Source: Bigelowiella natans CCMP2755 (lineage: Eukaryota > Protista > Cercozoa). Taken from it: a DNA stretch of 64,000 bases. The DNA lies in the NCBI GenBank assembly GCA_000320545.1, contig ADNK01001382.1, forward strand, positions 18,706 through 82,705, written 5' to 3'. Of this stretch, positions 38,763-52,401 are shown piece by piece. The notes beneath the pieces are model-generated. The model was not told the origin of the DNA and ran no database searches. It was given only the letters and a program-made list of their open reading frames with translations. A program made the position numbers and the translations under genes. How positions within the stretch are numbered: position 1 is the stretch's first letter; each line of letters starts with the position of its first letter.

Positions 38763-39123
38763 GCACATACCGTCGCATGATCCCAGCTTGTCGTTCCTAG
38801 AATCCATTGAGAATATCTGGCGACACATCAGGAGTCACAAAGCGGACGACACTACATGCACGCGAGACGGAAAGCTTCATTAGGTTTGCTCGCTAGAGGA
38901 AAGAATTTTCTTTTGAGTCTTCCAAAGCTTGGTCTACTAGAATTGAGGTGCTGTTCCAACTACTCCCTACCACCCAGCCCTGTTACCACGGAGAAGACGA
39001 TGACGACAACGACACGTAACATCGAAAGGAGAGAAAAGTAATTTAGAGTTTCTTCCCTACTTGCTCATGACTTGCCACACCCCGCCATAATCTGCAGGGA
39101 GGGAAAACAGAAGTAGATAGATA

Positions 39124-39159
<36 letters not shown>

Positions 39160-39356
39160 ATATATTTATATATATTTTGCGAAACGCATGGCCAAAGGTT
39201 CTCGAAATCTCAAGATATTCTCCCCCTGTGCCGCCCTATTTAGGAAGCCAAACTTACATGATATGTGGTCAGTCTTGATCCACGTGCACACCTAAGGGAA
39301 GGAGGCCATAAAGGGGATTTCGTCTTATTTTTACTTCTATTTAACTAGTAGTAATG

Positions 39357-39387
<31 letters not shown>

Positions 39388-39944
39388 GAATGCTGATAGT
39401 ACCGTGACTTCTTCTCTTGTATTGATGCCGTAGACATCTACCCAGCCCCTCTGAAATCACATATATGCGCGATGTGGTCGATGAGGGAGGGGTAACACGC
39501 ATTCATCCCCGCACACAGACAGACTCACTCGCTCCCACTTTCTCCCACACATATGGGCACATTTCAATGAAGAAGATGGTGATATGAAAGTCCCTTTCGG
39601 ACGTATATTTCACCCCCTCGTGTTGTCATCACTAGTTTTATAGAATATATTCAACCGATCCACTGGAGCTTCCTAACCCAGTGAGACGCAACGCCCAGCT
39701 TTATAGATAGGAAACACACACACACACACGCACACACGCGCGCGCGCGCGAAATGCTGTCAATGTATAAAAATTGTGATTCATCTAATACCAAGCACAAA
39801 TATTCATCTCCGCACAAGCGCAGCAATCTCATTTTGACGACGAAATGTCACCCGTGTGGAGCTCCTGTGATTGTCTTCAAGGTTGTAGTTCCGCGCCGCT
39901 GCCCATGGCGATCTTTGCAAATTAGTATCCACACACAGACACAC

Positions 39945-39988
<44 letters not shown>

Positions 39989-39998
39989 ATATTTGTGG

Positions 39999-40030
<32 letters not shown>

Positions 40031-40350
40031 CTGCTTCATCGCTATGTAAATGTGATTGTGGGACGTACAGCATCATCATCAACGGTTCTGTTTTTTCACA
40101 CGAAGTGCAGGACCATCAAGTAATAATTTATACGTCACATCTGCGTACTTTTTCCAGAGTAGTCGTTATATGAGTTGATCCACCTCCACCATCTAAATCA
40201 ACATTCATTCTCTTATACATGCAGGCATCAGCTGGCTGGCTGCTGCGGTGTGAAGCATGATGTCAATGGGGGCCACGATTGCCTATTTTACTAGGTGTGT
40301 TACCCTTCCAAGTTCGCTGTTGATGTGACGGGATAACTGCAATGATGGAT

Positions 40351-40436
<86 letters not shown>

Positions 40437-40587
40437 AAACTATTTCAGTGGGCTTGGTGAGTCAATGTTCCCACAAGAAATGTTTGGTTTCGCATGAAGA
40501 GAAAGAAACAGAGAGAGAACGAGAGAGAACGAGAGAGAAAGAGAGGGAAGGAGAATTCCCATGATGATAAGGGCTAAAAGATGGACT

Positions 40588-40647
<60 letters not shown>

Positions 40648-41905
40648 GTGTGTGTGTGTGTGTGTGTGCGTACACGTGTTGCTGAAAAGAGAGTAGGAAC
40701 GAAAAGGAGAAGAGAGCACGGGCAAGGCCAACGCGACAATATACCTCGAAGTTGGATTGCAGTATTTGCAGCAGTAGGCATTGCTATTGGACGTTCTGAG
40801 AGGGTTGAGAAGGACGATTAGAGGCTCGGCAAAGGAATTCAACAAAGCTCATTAGAAGCGGTGCTTCCTAATCAACACGAAAATCCACCATTTATCATTC
40901 GCCAAGAGCAAATGATAAATAGTGACGAGCCCTTGCGAACGACAGACCCCCCCCATTGCACCGAGACATAAGTGTATTTAACACACAATCACCACAGTTG
41001 TCATCCTAGCTGCGCATCATGTGCTCTTGGTGGTTGAGAAGCAAAGACCTGCAGCCTGTGAATCGGTGATTTCTACCATTCCCAGCACACCCGCTCCGTC
41101 CGATAAACATGTAGTAGCTGAGCAGCGTGATTATCGGCATGTTTCAAAGTAAGAAGAATGGCTTCTTCATCACTTGAGGACAATGACAAACTCACGTTTC
41201 TTTGTTTTCACGCATCGCAAAAGTGAACGGCCGAAACTACAGGAGTCACTTACAATTGGCATCATCATCATCCTCATCATCCTCATCAATAAATATCTTC
41301 TCTCTTTCTTCTCCTGTGATCTTACTAGGAAGTCGTCGAGTCGGCGATGAACATGCAACTGCAGTACTGCGATTTACGACGACGACGACCGAACGACCGA
41401 CCGACAAGAAACAGACAATGATTAGGTGGGTTATCCATTAAAAAACAAATCGTCACAAAGCACTCATGCTAGCATGCAAGCCCGCGAGCACACGCACGCG
41501 CTCACAGCCGCAAAACTGTAGAGATAGATGTCTCGGAACCCAAGTTGGTGCGAGATGGCCCCACACGCCATTCCTCTTTCAACAACTCTATCGTCTTTTG
41601 AGACCGTTACTGGTTGTTTATCTCGGAATACCTTCTTCATCAAGAACTACCTCTTTTTGCCACATCTCTCCCAGTGTGCATAAGGTTTCTCCCTGCGCAA
41701 TCGAGTTAGAAGAGTATCACTTAATAATGCCGATGTATTGAATTCCCTCTACAAATCCTCCACCCGTAGTCCTTCTACTTTCGTGACTTTCCCGCTGTCA
41801 CTACAACAGTCAATAAATTGCTCTCTTACATAATCTTCGCAGCGGCTTTGGCCTGCATCTCTGTTGGAGCAACGATAGGATCCTGCATGTGCGCGTTCAC
41901 GTGTT

Positions 41906-41939
<34 letters not shown>

Positions 41940-42237
41940 ATGCCTCAACAATTTTGAATTTAATGCTTACAAAGTATACCGCCCCCCCCCCCCCCCCCTG
42001 TTCGAAAATATGCTACGATACTAAATTGACGTTCGTAAACACGCATTCATCCATGTCATATTATATACACATATGTGTTCGTGTGTGCGCATAGTGTACA
42101 AATAAAAGGGTATCACCTCCACTACAATGCCGCAGCGTTCCCGATTTCAGTTCTGGTGTGTCCATACACGTGTACACGGCATCTTGGAGCTGAGCAGTAT
42201 TCAACAATCCATTATATGGTGGCGTGCGCTCTCTCGC

Positions 42238-42273
<36 letters not shown>

Positions 42274-42294
42274 GTCTGTCTGTCTGTCTGTGTG

Positions 42295-42375
<81 letters not shown>

Positions 42376-42922
42376 TGAGAAAGAGAGGGAGTACACTGTG
42401 CAACCATCATCACAACCTTTGCGTTTGCCGCTCCATACCACGGGCTTCCGGTGTAAAAACTGCATGGGTGGGGGGTAAACAAACGGGATATGTCAACCTA
42501 TTGCATTCGAGGTTTGATAGAGTGTATGTATTCAAGAAACGGCCGTGATCTTGCTGTGTGGGCATTTCGCATTGGGGGAGACAAAAGGGCTGTTGGGATA
42601 AAAACAGTGATGCAGGAAACTATATATATATATATATATATATTTGCACGCAGAAAACATGATATTTCAAGAAGAATTTCACTAGGAATGAAAAAGAACC
42701 ATGGTGCTGCTATCCTCCATCTTTCCAATGACATTTATCATCATCAAAATCATCATCATCGTCATCGTCATCATCATAATCGTATTCAGTATTATGTAAT
42801 TTGTCAATATCTTCATCATACTAGGTTCCAGCGGAGTTAGGCCAGAAGCCACTTATCGTCATTGTGTTTACAAGCCCATCGTTCACGTAAATACGAAGCT
42901 GCGGACGGTGGTGCATTTATTT

Positions 42923-42970
<48 letters not shown>

Positions 42971-44509
42971 TGTTTGTGTGTGTGTGTGTGAGTGTTGTGC
43001 GAGTATTAAAAGGTACGAATGGTGTCCACATGGCATCTGTCAGTCAAACGTGATTCGGAGGGAGTGGGAGAGTTCGTGGCTGGTAAGAGACTACCCGGTT
43101 ATAGTCTGCAATGAGTTTTATTCTTGTCCACACATTTCGCGGAAGGTTACCTTGAATTGCGACAAGAATTAAACAGGAATTAAACAAGTTGTCCATTGAT
43201 TGGGATGTGTGGATTCTTACAAAAAAGACTCAGGATTTCGTATTTTTATCATCTCAACTTACTTCCTTCGGATAAATAAGCCCGTTAAAATCATTATCAT
43301 CACCATCACCACCACCATACTATCATTACGATGATTTCATCATCAACTATTCATCCTCACTTGGATATAAATAGCAGCTTGATGATGTCGCTGCGTTCGT
43401 TTGGCACACTTGGAACCGATAGGTATTCGGGTACATACTGCAACAGGAGGGTAAGACAGAGAGGGGGGACGGGCCAAAGAGCTATAGTTAGAAGCGCGTA
43501 CACGATACAACAATGCCAATGCATTCGGAGCCCACCCCAACATTTAAAACTTCCTATCGACCGAAATCACAACACACGGGGACATCAGAGAGATTATTCA
43601 TGTCGTCTCAAACTGATGATTCGATTGTGCTATATTTAACTGCTGGATCTGGTGAAATATTACAGGATACGCGGGGAATGCGCGGAGTTCTGGTTATTCG
43701 TGATATGAATGATGCCACGGTAACTGCCGTGAGTTGCTGAGAGAGTGAAGGGGGGTTACAAACAATTCAGGCCTTGTTTAAGCGTCTTCTGAATATGACG
43801 AATTTTGTGGTAACAGTATTAGTCAGGACAACCAGTAGGGTATATCTTGAACTCCAAGTGATACGCTTGGCAGTTTACGCTGAAAAGGGGGTGGTATGTG
43901 AAAGCAAAGAGTAAAGCCGGCAAAATAGAACGAACTGATTTCTTCACAAAGGAAATGGTCGATTGGGGTGAAGGCACAGGCAAGAAGAAACTTTTCCTCA
44001 ACTCCTTTGGTTCATGTCTGAATGAATCTTTGTCGAGCCGGCAAAAGGATAAGGAAACGAGACGATAAAAAATATTGAATTACCCGTATCGTATTTGCTT
44101 GTATGCGATGTTTTCCTCCCCCCCAACCAACGTCCATGCTGTGTGACCTGAATGAAGACGGACATGAGAGTGGTTGAGCAACATCAGACTGCCACCGAGG
44201 CACGCATACTTCTAGATTTATCATGTTGAATCGTGTATGGTTGCATGTTGACGTAGCCGTATCTTCGTATATATCCGTACCACGGAGGTGATCTGGAGTT
44301 GACTGAGCTCCTATTAATTAGAAGCAAAATAGTGAGATTTTGTGGAGATTAGAGGAAGGAGACAATTTGAGAGAAAGAGGGGGAAGGGGGAGAGGAAAAG
44401 CGAAGTATGGAGAGACCAATTGTTCTATGAAGACCATGGTGGATTAGTTGGCCTGACCTGCATTGTAAATACTCAACGCAATGAACAGAGCGGAGAAGAG
44501 AACCCGCAT
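31714..44509 (-). CDS. Large secreted multi-domain protein: LamG/ConA-like lectin modules, Pro/Thr mucin-like repeats, galactose-binding (CBM4_9/DUF642-like) domain, Cys-rich segments; many micro-exons
   Basis: Signal peptide MRVLFSALFIALSIYNA (ATG 44509). Lectin-like strands YHLEFKIYPT..HGSYRGIIHIT, FYTGSPWYGAANAK, YQLSFDVKFSGTGSGYRDIINI...RLPLVTV..RKLHIRTG..GCDPPQNLALNSWQSVQIRV. NLVVNGDFE...VCQSVSTQRGARYNVSF...VHVDRV. C-terminus YQGCRKCKTNCVDQ* at 31714. Not every exon was traced, so this may be more than one gene. Confidence 0.6.
35590..36915 (-). repeat. Coding PTxx tetrapeptide (Pro/Thr) mucin-like repeats
   Basis: [46 protein letters not shown] and PSRYPSPYPSPYPSH across several exons. 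Confidence 0.85.
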
Positions 44510-45326
44510 ACGTTTCAGCCACCGAGCGCGGCACCGACGAGCGTATCTAGGAGCATAATACGCATTTGTGAATTCTCTCACAAATGAAAGGATCTCTTGT
44601 TCAGATTTGCACAAGTTCAAGTTCAAGTTCGCAAACAAACTCACTATCCTCCTGATTCAATACGATTCACCGCCCCAAAAATCTTCTGACATTTCTCACC
44701 CGCCTCATCCCTCCCCTGGCCATCTTCCAACACTACCTACAACGCTTAGTGCACCCCTCTACGCGATCAAGACAACTGCCGAGTGCTGAAGGAGCGCTTT
44801 CCGCCACAGGGCCGTTGCCAGAGTTACCGCTCGGTTACAGCTCTCGTGAGCGCGTACGTTAGTTATCGGACAGCCTTTTTCTGTTGTGCACTATCCCAAA
44901 ACATGCTCCTCAAAATTGGCCAGAAAAGCGATGACCAACAACGCAAGAGTAACGGAGTGCGATATTTCTTTCGTGGTAGTACCAGGGGTGAATTTTAACT
45001 TATCGAGACGGGACCCATTCCTTACAAGACGCAACGGGGATTTATCGATTTTGTTTAGCTTTTGCAAGCGCGAACCGCGTGTCATGTCGTGAGCTACGAC
45101 AAAGGCGACCGCGGCCATCCATTCCCGAAAAAAGGTTGTCGCACCAGCGGGGGAAGAGCATGCTTCGCACGGTTGGGCAACAAACTTCCGAAGTTTCCCG
45201 GAAGCCTAGGCGAACTGTCCAAGCAGCGGAAGGGATTTAGCCCTCTTGAGAGCGATTCCTGCTATTTTTTGGCCCAGTTTTATCTGACGTCTGCCGAAGT
45301 TGTAGGCGGTTATTCGGGTACGGAGC

Positions 45327-47537
45327 GTGCTCGCACAGAATTCTTCTCTGTGTGCTCGATTCTCATACTCCACGGACATAGAAGCCAAACCCTCCGAGCA
45401 CTCTCGCATGATTGGTGCGCGGACTGGGGATGGCAGAGTAGATTGGCGAGGATGCGTCGGTAAACAGGCTTCAAAACTTCTCGCAAAGGAGAAGAAATCG
45501 AGATCAAACCTTTACACAGAACCTGACGAATTCCAGCGATTTGGGCACCCAATTGGCCGAAAATGTGCCCCCAGAGACCGAAGGAACTGGAAAAGGAAAA
45601 TTCAATGCAATGCCACACATTGCACTTGCAGGCGAGCGAAAGTAGGTTATTCAGGTCTCCCATGTTCATCCGGTACTGTTGGTTCACGCCAATGTGCAAG
45701 GTGCACGCGACGAGGGAAAAGGAAAATTCAGCCTCCGAAGGGTGGAAGGCGTCATGCAGCCAGGTCTCAGGCTATCGCTGCACTGTTATTTGACACATCT
45801 TCCAATACTCTCGACTGTACCACGGCCATGAATTCGGAACTAGAGAGAATCAAGAAGAAGCCTGAAATTGTCCTTCGACAGCTTCGGTTATTCATTGACG
45901 AATGTCCTAAGAACATACGGGGAAACATCGCCACTGAGGTGGACAAGGCATGCAGGAAGACGAGACACCTAGCGTGGATAAGTTTTCACAACCAGAACTT
46001 TACATCAAAAGAAGATGAAACCAAATTGACGAGGAAAGGCAAGCAAAAAAGAAGACTTGACCTGGCTGATATGGAGGGGAGAGGAGGGGGCTGCAAGCTC
46101 GGTCCTCAATCTCTACGTCCCATGAAGTATGGAGAGAAGTGGGCTTCTAAAGCTCACAATCTCCTCAGAAAGTTTATGCCTGGCACCCACATGAAAAGGA
46201 TATTCTCTCGCATGCTGGTAAATGAGAATATGCTGGGTGATGACTACGTCGTCATGTACCACACATACTGCAAAGTGGCCATCGTTTACGAGCTGCAGTC
46301 AGCGCTTGCAGGAGTACTTCTTGGCTGGAAGGGCTGGAGTGTGATGCCGCGTTTGGTTACGAAACCGTTCACCTCCTCCTTTGCCTCGCCATTTGAGCTT
46401 GCAAAGGCTATTTCCATGCGCAAAGGCCCTCTTTCTCTTCAGGATCACAGCCCAGCCTTCCGCGACATAGGAATATGTGCTAATACGTACTTGTTCCATG
46501 GCAATGAGGCAAATCCCGCAAATTTTGCCTACGGATACTGTAACAGTCCGGTCAATACTGTGCTGGAAAAGTTGATGAGAATGGCAAATGTCTTAGACCT
46601 TCACGACGAGATCTTCGAGCTGTCAGAGCGATTTGGCTTCTCGCAAATAGCCTTTCTGAGTAACGACAGTTATAGCCATTGTAGCCTTACCACCATTGGA
46701 AATCTGCTGCAGATTTTTGTGCACAAGGATGTCATCGACCAGTGTGCATACGGAAGCGAGCCCATGGGTGTACTCCCTAGTGAGCGGGGGAAAATCTCTC
46801 TCCGGGGAAGATGTTTTGAAATGGGAGGAGACACCATCGGCCAGTGCCGCCTGATTTGTCACCCTCAACTGTTTATGAACCCGAAGAAGATCAAAGCATT
46901 CAGCTTTAGCTCCTGTCCGAAGCGTCACCAGAACCGGAAGAAGCTTCAGAGGGCCCTGAGAGATCTTCTCTTCAATTTCTATCGCACAAATCGAGAAGCA
47001 TGGGAAGCAGCGATGATGAATCTCTTCGACCCAATGCCTGAGAAGGTGAAGATCCCCCCGCTGATGGACACGATGACGTTATGGAAGAAATGCAATTGTA
47101 AATCTGGGGAGAATCTTGCAAAGAAAGATTCAGTTGAGGATAAACCACGGGACCTCGTGTCGCATGTGATCGCAATGGAGACGACAAACACATCGAGTCC
47201 CAGTCCGCGTTCCAACGTAGAAGCAACGATAATGTCTGTCGACCCCGACGACTTCGAGCAATATGGGCGCCCTCTAAAAAGCCGAAAAGGTACCCTCAAA
47301 GGAACAGGACGTAGACGCCGGAAACAGATTCTTCGCCAATGCGAATCTTGCACCATCACACGCAATCGGCAGCGATGCTATCGAAGCAGCGAGGAAGCCA
47401 AACAACCATACAGCACTGCGGCTACGCGCCGGAGAACGCATAGGTGTAGTCTGGAAAGGCTTCAACGGCCTCCCAAGGGTGGAAGGCGTCATGCAGCGCG
47501 ATCTTGGATTTGCGCGCGCAACTATCACCTGATGTGA
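45327..47537 (+). CDS. Hypothetical protein in one long ORF (first ATG 45408); central globular domain flanked by a duplicated basic/Cys module
   Basis: 736-codon open frame with protein-like composition. The PD(E/D)F..(F/Y)G.P ... PPKGGRRHAARS module is present twice. The true 5' end is uncertain. Confidence 0.75.
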   Translation: MLAQNSSLCARFSYSTDIEAKPSEHSRMIGARTGDGRVDWRGCVGKQASKLLAKEKKSRSNLYTEPDEFQRFGHPIGRKCAPRDRRNWKRKIQCNATHCTCRRAKVGYSGLPCSSGTVGSRQCARCTRRGKRKIQPPKGGRRHAARSQAIAALLFDTSSNTLDCTTAMNSELERIKKKPEIVLRQLRLFIDECPKNIRGNIATEVDKACRKTRHLAWISFHNQNFTSKEDETKLTRKGKQKRRLDLADMEGRGGGCKLGPQSLRPMKYGEKWASKAHNLLRKFMPGTHMKRIFSRMLVNENMLGDDYVVMYHTYCKVAIVYELQSALAGVLLGWKGWSVMPRLVTKPFTSSFASPFELAKAISMRKGPLSLQDHSPAFRDIGICANTYLFHGNEANPANFAYGYCNSPVNTVLEKLMRMANVLDLHDEIFELSERFGFSQIAFLSNDSYSHCSLTTIGNLLQIFVHKDVIDQCAYGSEPMGVLPSERGKISLRGRCFEMGGDTIGQCRLICHPQLFMNPKKIKAFSFSSCPKRHQNRKKLQRALRDLLFNFYRTNREAWEAAMMNLFDPMPEKVKIPPLMDTMTLWKKCNCKSGENLAKKDSVEDKPRDLVSHVIAMETTNTSSPSPRSNVEATIMSVDPDDFEQYGRPLKSRKGTLKGTGRRRRKQILRQCESCTITRNRQRCYRSSEEAKQPYSTAATRRRTHRCSLERLQRPPKGGRRHAARSWICARNYHLM

Positions 47538-47897
47538 ATGACATGCTACCGCATGCCTGCAGTCATCTCTAATGATATGTTATGGTCTGAATTCATGTGA
47601 TGCATTAAGCATATGTTATGCGCAATGATAATGCATGGTGTACGTAGAGATACAAGTTACGACAATTACGTGTAGCACATGGACTTCGGTACATAGTACA
47701 TAAATGACAGCTGTATCCTGGCGCAGATATCATTTATGAGTATGTGCATAACAATACACAACATGCGCCAACTGTCAGAAAGCAGAGCATGCACTGCCAC
47801 CTACACCTGACGATTCATGATGAAACATAGTTCGATGCGAGCGATCGATCACTCACATATACCATCTTCCAATAGCAATACCTGCCCGCTCAACATC

Positions 47898-49572
47898 CTA
47901 TTTGTCAACAGATGTACTTCGGTATTCATGATTATGATCCCCCCCCAATCCTGTCCAGTCTCTTGACTGCATCTCGCGGCGCGCTGCCTCATACGGAGGG
48001 GCGGGCAGATCGTGGTTAGGATATACAAGAAAGCTTTCCCCTCGAATGCCTGCGGGAGAGCTATAGCGGATCTTCGTCACGCCGATTCGCGTCAGCGCCA
48101 TAATGCAAGCCGGGCAGGGATGCGCCCACCTGCGTGTTGTTTATGATAGGAAATCGAATACTTCAGGACCGGATGAACGCCAAAGTACGGCTGCAGCAGC
48201 GGCGGTCAGATGCGTATTCATTTAACATTCAATCTCCTAATCGCCAATGGGAGGTCGGAGGCACTCTCCCCAATCTCCCCACTTTCTAAATCAAGATTCC
48301 CGTCCGCCTTCTGATGCTATTCTGTTTTTATTTCCCCCGCCTGGTTTTATTTGTTTTGTTTTTTTTTAAATATTTCAGTTTTTTTGCACAACTTACTCGT
48401 AGCCAGTGCCGTCCTGAGAAGGCTCCACGATCCACAACGTCGCCCCGTGCACATGCTGGCGCACTCGGCTCAGCACAGAAGAGGAAGGGGACCGGACGTT
48501 GGGAGAAGGAGAGTGGGGCTCCTAGAATAGCATGTACATCACGTATATCAGTATCCCGCAACTCTTCTGCCAAAATCAGGCGTTAAGAGGGGAGGGTGGA
48601 GGATGGGGAAACAAAGCAACGTGCGTTCGAGATGAAACGAATGACGACACACGCATTATGAATATATGATCAATGATGACGTGTATTCCCATTTCGCTCA
48701 CATCAGAAGACTCTTACCGTCCTGTCCTTGTGTCCATTGTCCTCTTCCTTTCCCTTTTCCTCCCCCCACTCCTTTTCTTCTTCGCTAAGCGCCCTTTCCA
48801 CTTCGAGCAGGCAGTGGACTTCAGCGTGGATAACCTTGCTCGCATATCGCACACCCGCCCTCCCCCCTCTTCGTCCGCCGAAGGAAGGAGATTCCTTCTT
48901 GCTTCTTGGGTTGACACCTGCCTCTGCCTCTGTCTTTGCCTCTGCCTCTGCCCCCCTCCCCTTATTCTTCTGATTCTGGTCTTGATCATCACGTTTGTCA
49001 ACCATGTTACGCATGAGGGTTCGTTGTCTCATGCAGTGATTCCACCCCTCCGCAATAATGCGCACGGCACCGTTGCTTTCTTCTTTGGATATAACCGCGC
49101 CGTGCTTTGCGCCCCTTTGGTCGCCCTTCCAGGCTAGAGCCGAGGCCAACAGAAATGGGCTGCTTACGCTGTTATTGGGAGCGTCTACTACATCGTCAGC
49201 TGTCCCCGCCTTCATCATTGTTGGTGCTAGGACACCGAGATTGACGGCCCGACGTAGCATGGACGGTTGCATCACCTGCCAGAGCACAGAGGAAGATCCT
49301 GTTGTAATCGAAGATCAGAAAGTGGAGGAGGAGGAGGAGGAGGAGGAGGAGGAGGAGGATAAAGAAGAGTTTGAATAGAAATACGGTGGGAATGAGCAGC
49401 AGTATATACGGCGGTATTTAGAGCAGTGTATTGACATTCAAAGGTCTGTGACAACCAAACGAAATTGTCATTGCCCCTTCGCCCCCTTCAATCGTCCGCC
49501 CCCCCACCCCCTCTCTCCTCTCTCTTCTTCTTTATATTCGCTCTTTCTTCTCATATTCACAGACAGAGAGGA

Positions 49573-49614
<42 letters not shown>

Positions 49615-50021
49615 TAGTGAAGAGCAACCAGGCGAGAGAAAAGAGGTGGTAAAGGAGAGGCTAGATACAAAAGCAAGCGAAGATATTTGCTATATTTGCT
49701 CATCGTTGCCGACCTTCTCCCTCGCCGCTGTCAGTGCCATCTCTCTGATAAAACTTAACCAACATTTGGATGGTCTCACAGATTCGTCTGCACCTTGCCT
49801 TCAGAATATCCACAGGTTCGATGATTTGGGGGTGCTGCCCCCCCCCCCCCTCAGTGCTCACTCTTCCCGAAGATATTCCAGAGGGGTGTGAGGAGCCGGA
49901 AGCTCCATGTTCATCTCCTTCTTCGTAGCACGAATAAGGAGACTCCATGACTAACATCAACGCTTGGAGATACGCCAAAAGCCTCTTTGTCACCTAAGGG
50001 GAGTCCGATGAGTTTAGAGAT

Positions 50022-50064
<43 letters not shown>

Positions 50065-50115
50065 AATGAGAAAGTGAGAGAGTTATGCCTCGAAGGTTTC
50101 ATTTCTTCTTCTTCT

Positions 50116-50161
<46 letters not shown>

Positions 50162-50461
50162 GCTCTTATTCTTGCACAACTAAATGCACATGCATGCAAG
50201 GGAAAACTTCCCCGTCCTCTCTTTCTTTGTGCGTTCGGCCATCCCCTCTTCTCCTTATCATCCGATTTGGCTCGCCCTGGCACTATAGTTACATACGTCG
50301 CAGACGGAGTCATAGTGCGGGTCTTTCCCTGGCATCGTAGCAAGCCACTCGCCCCCAAGCTTTGTGCCCGACTCGTCCCATCTAATAGGCGAGAGTGGGG
50401 GAAGACACCGATCATATTAGTGAGTTTATGCATGTGTGAGGAGGGAGAGAGGGAGAGGGGG

Positions 50462-50515
<54 letters not shown>

Positions 50516-52401
50516 CAGCGCGATGTCATCGCATTTGCCTACCGGGGTTGTATTCCACTCGCGTTTATCGCCGACTCAAGGCTGCGGTGGAGGTTCTGTG
50601 CGTCAGAGAGGGTACTTTCGATGCTTATGCGGTTTGCAATGCGCATGAGCCGCTCAGAACGGAATGCCGTTAATTCAGCGCCCTTTCCTCCCTCCTTAAG
50701 AATAAGAAAGAAATTGTGTGTATGTTTGTGTATGTTTGTGTGTGTGTGTACATGTGTTCGTCAATACGAAGATAGAAATGATAGTAATCTCTTTAATGCC
50801 TGAATTACTTCGAGAAGCTCTCTCATCAGAGATCCGATGTCAGGCCCCTGAATGCAGATGGGGAAGGTGTGTTATTTAAGGGAATTATTGGCAGCAGCTG
50901 TGTGTAGGAAGTAGATTAGTAATGTTCCATAGTGACCGGTGGTCGTCGGTTCTTCGACACATTCTTTGGCGGTGTGTGATCTCCGTAGTAGGAGAACAAG
51001 GCCCGTTTGTAGTCCTTCGCCGACAGAATCTCTCCTCTCAATGCTTGAATGCATATTCTTTTAAACTCACAGATGTCGCCGGTCTGCTTTATGAATTTGA
51101 TGAGTAGGAAGTACAATTGGTGTGCAAGTATATCGAATGTCCTTCCCCACTTCATCATTTCCCCCCCTCTCTCTCTCTCTTTTTCTCTCTTTCTCCCTCT
51201 CCCTCTCCTGTGTGTATCTAAAATAGATCCTGGGCATCACTCAACAAGTTGTACTACTATTACACACACATTATTGGTGGAGGCACTAGCGAGAATAACT
51301 GGGAAAAGACCGCCCTTCTTAGCTTCAGCCACTACTGAGTGGATCACGTCCTTATCGCTCATACGAATCTAAGGGGGGGGGTAAGAGAACGATGAAGGAG
51401 AGGGTTTCGGAAAGGAGGAATACACAGATATTAGATAGCGGGATGGAATGGGATAAGGAGGAGGGACTTGCTTTAAACGCAGACCATGTAACTGAGCTGA
51501 TTTACGTCAATGCTGTTGCCGTCATCTACGTGAACAACTTGATTTTTTGGTTTCTTTTCCCTCTCTCTTCCCGCTCCTTCTCCGATTTCACTCGTAGTAT
51601 CCTTCCTTCCCGACGGAAGGGGGGCGTCGTATTTCTCACATTCATCGCCCGCTCGCCGATCTTCTTCTCCACCGCGAGCCCTAACCCACGCCCGTCGTTG
51701 CATCATCCAGGTCACCAATGACGGGCAGCAGCGGTGATGAGAACGTCGACGACACTGGGGCCAGAAAGCAGAGGAGGTGGGTGGACTAAAAGCAGCCGTC
51801 CCTACATGCCCACGATATCTGTTCTTGGCCCCCTCGTTACGACCGGAGTCGATGCCGAGACCCAGGGTGAGGCTACGACTCGCTGCCCCTTAAAGACAAT
51901 TAAACGACGACGACGACGACGACGACGAGAACGATGACGATGATGACGACGACGACAACAGGGTATGCAAGTTACAAGATAATTAGTGCGAATCAAATTG
52001 AGCCTCGCCCCGGCCCAGTTTGTGTTAATCGGGTTGATCTTCCCGGATATCTGTTCGCTATGTGTCGCTGGTGGTAGCGTCTTCGCGCTGCGTGCTCTAT
52101 TTCGGGTAAAATTCACCTTTTCTTCCATATATTATAGAGGTGCTGATACGGGCTCTAGAGTGCAGACGGAGTCTTGGACGACAGACGAATCTCATGGAAG
52201 AGTCGACCGTCGAAGGTGATGACCGCCTTCTTGCAGCCACTAGGAGAAGAACGAAGACAAAGATGTGAACCTGGGAAGACATTCGTTTAACTTCACACCC
52301 TCCTTGCAACATATCTCGCCCGCACCAGGTGTGTTCCAATGCACGAGCTGGTAGCCGTTCGACTTTGCATTCAGTTCGATCCGTTCAGCCCAGGTATCCA
52401 T
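47898..52401 (-). CDS. Hypothetical protein, multi-exon
   Basis: Protein-like minus-strand exons bounded by GT-AG (MDTWAERIELNAKSNGYQLVHWN, TKRLLAYLQALMLVMESPYSCY, AEELRDTDIRDVHAILGAPL, MALTRIGVTKIRYSSPAG...DK*). No family recognised and the start is uncertain. Confidence 0.5.

Noticed and set aside
36940-43330. Many short ORFs reading [24 protein letters not shown]
   Set aside because: Translations of intronic dinucleotide microsatellites
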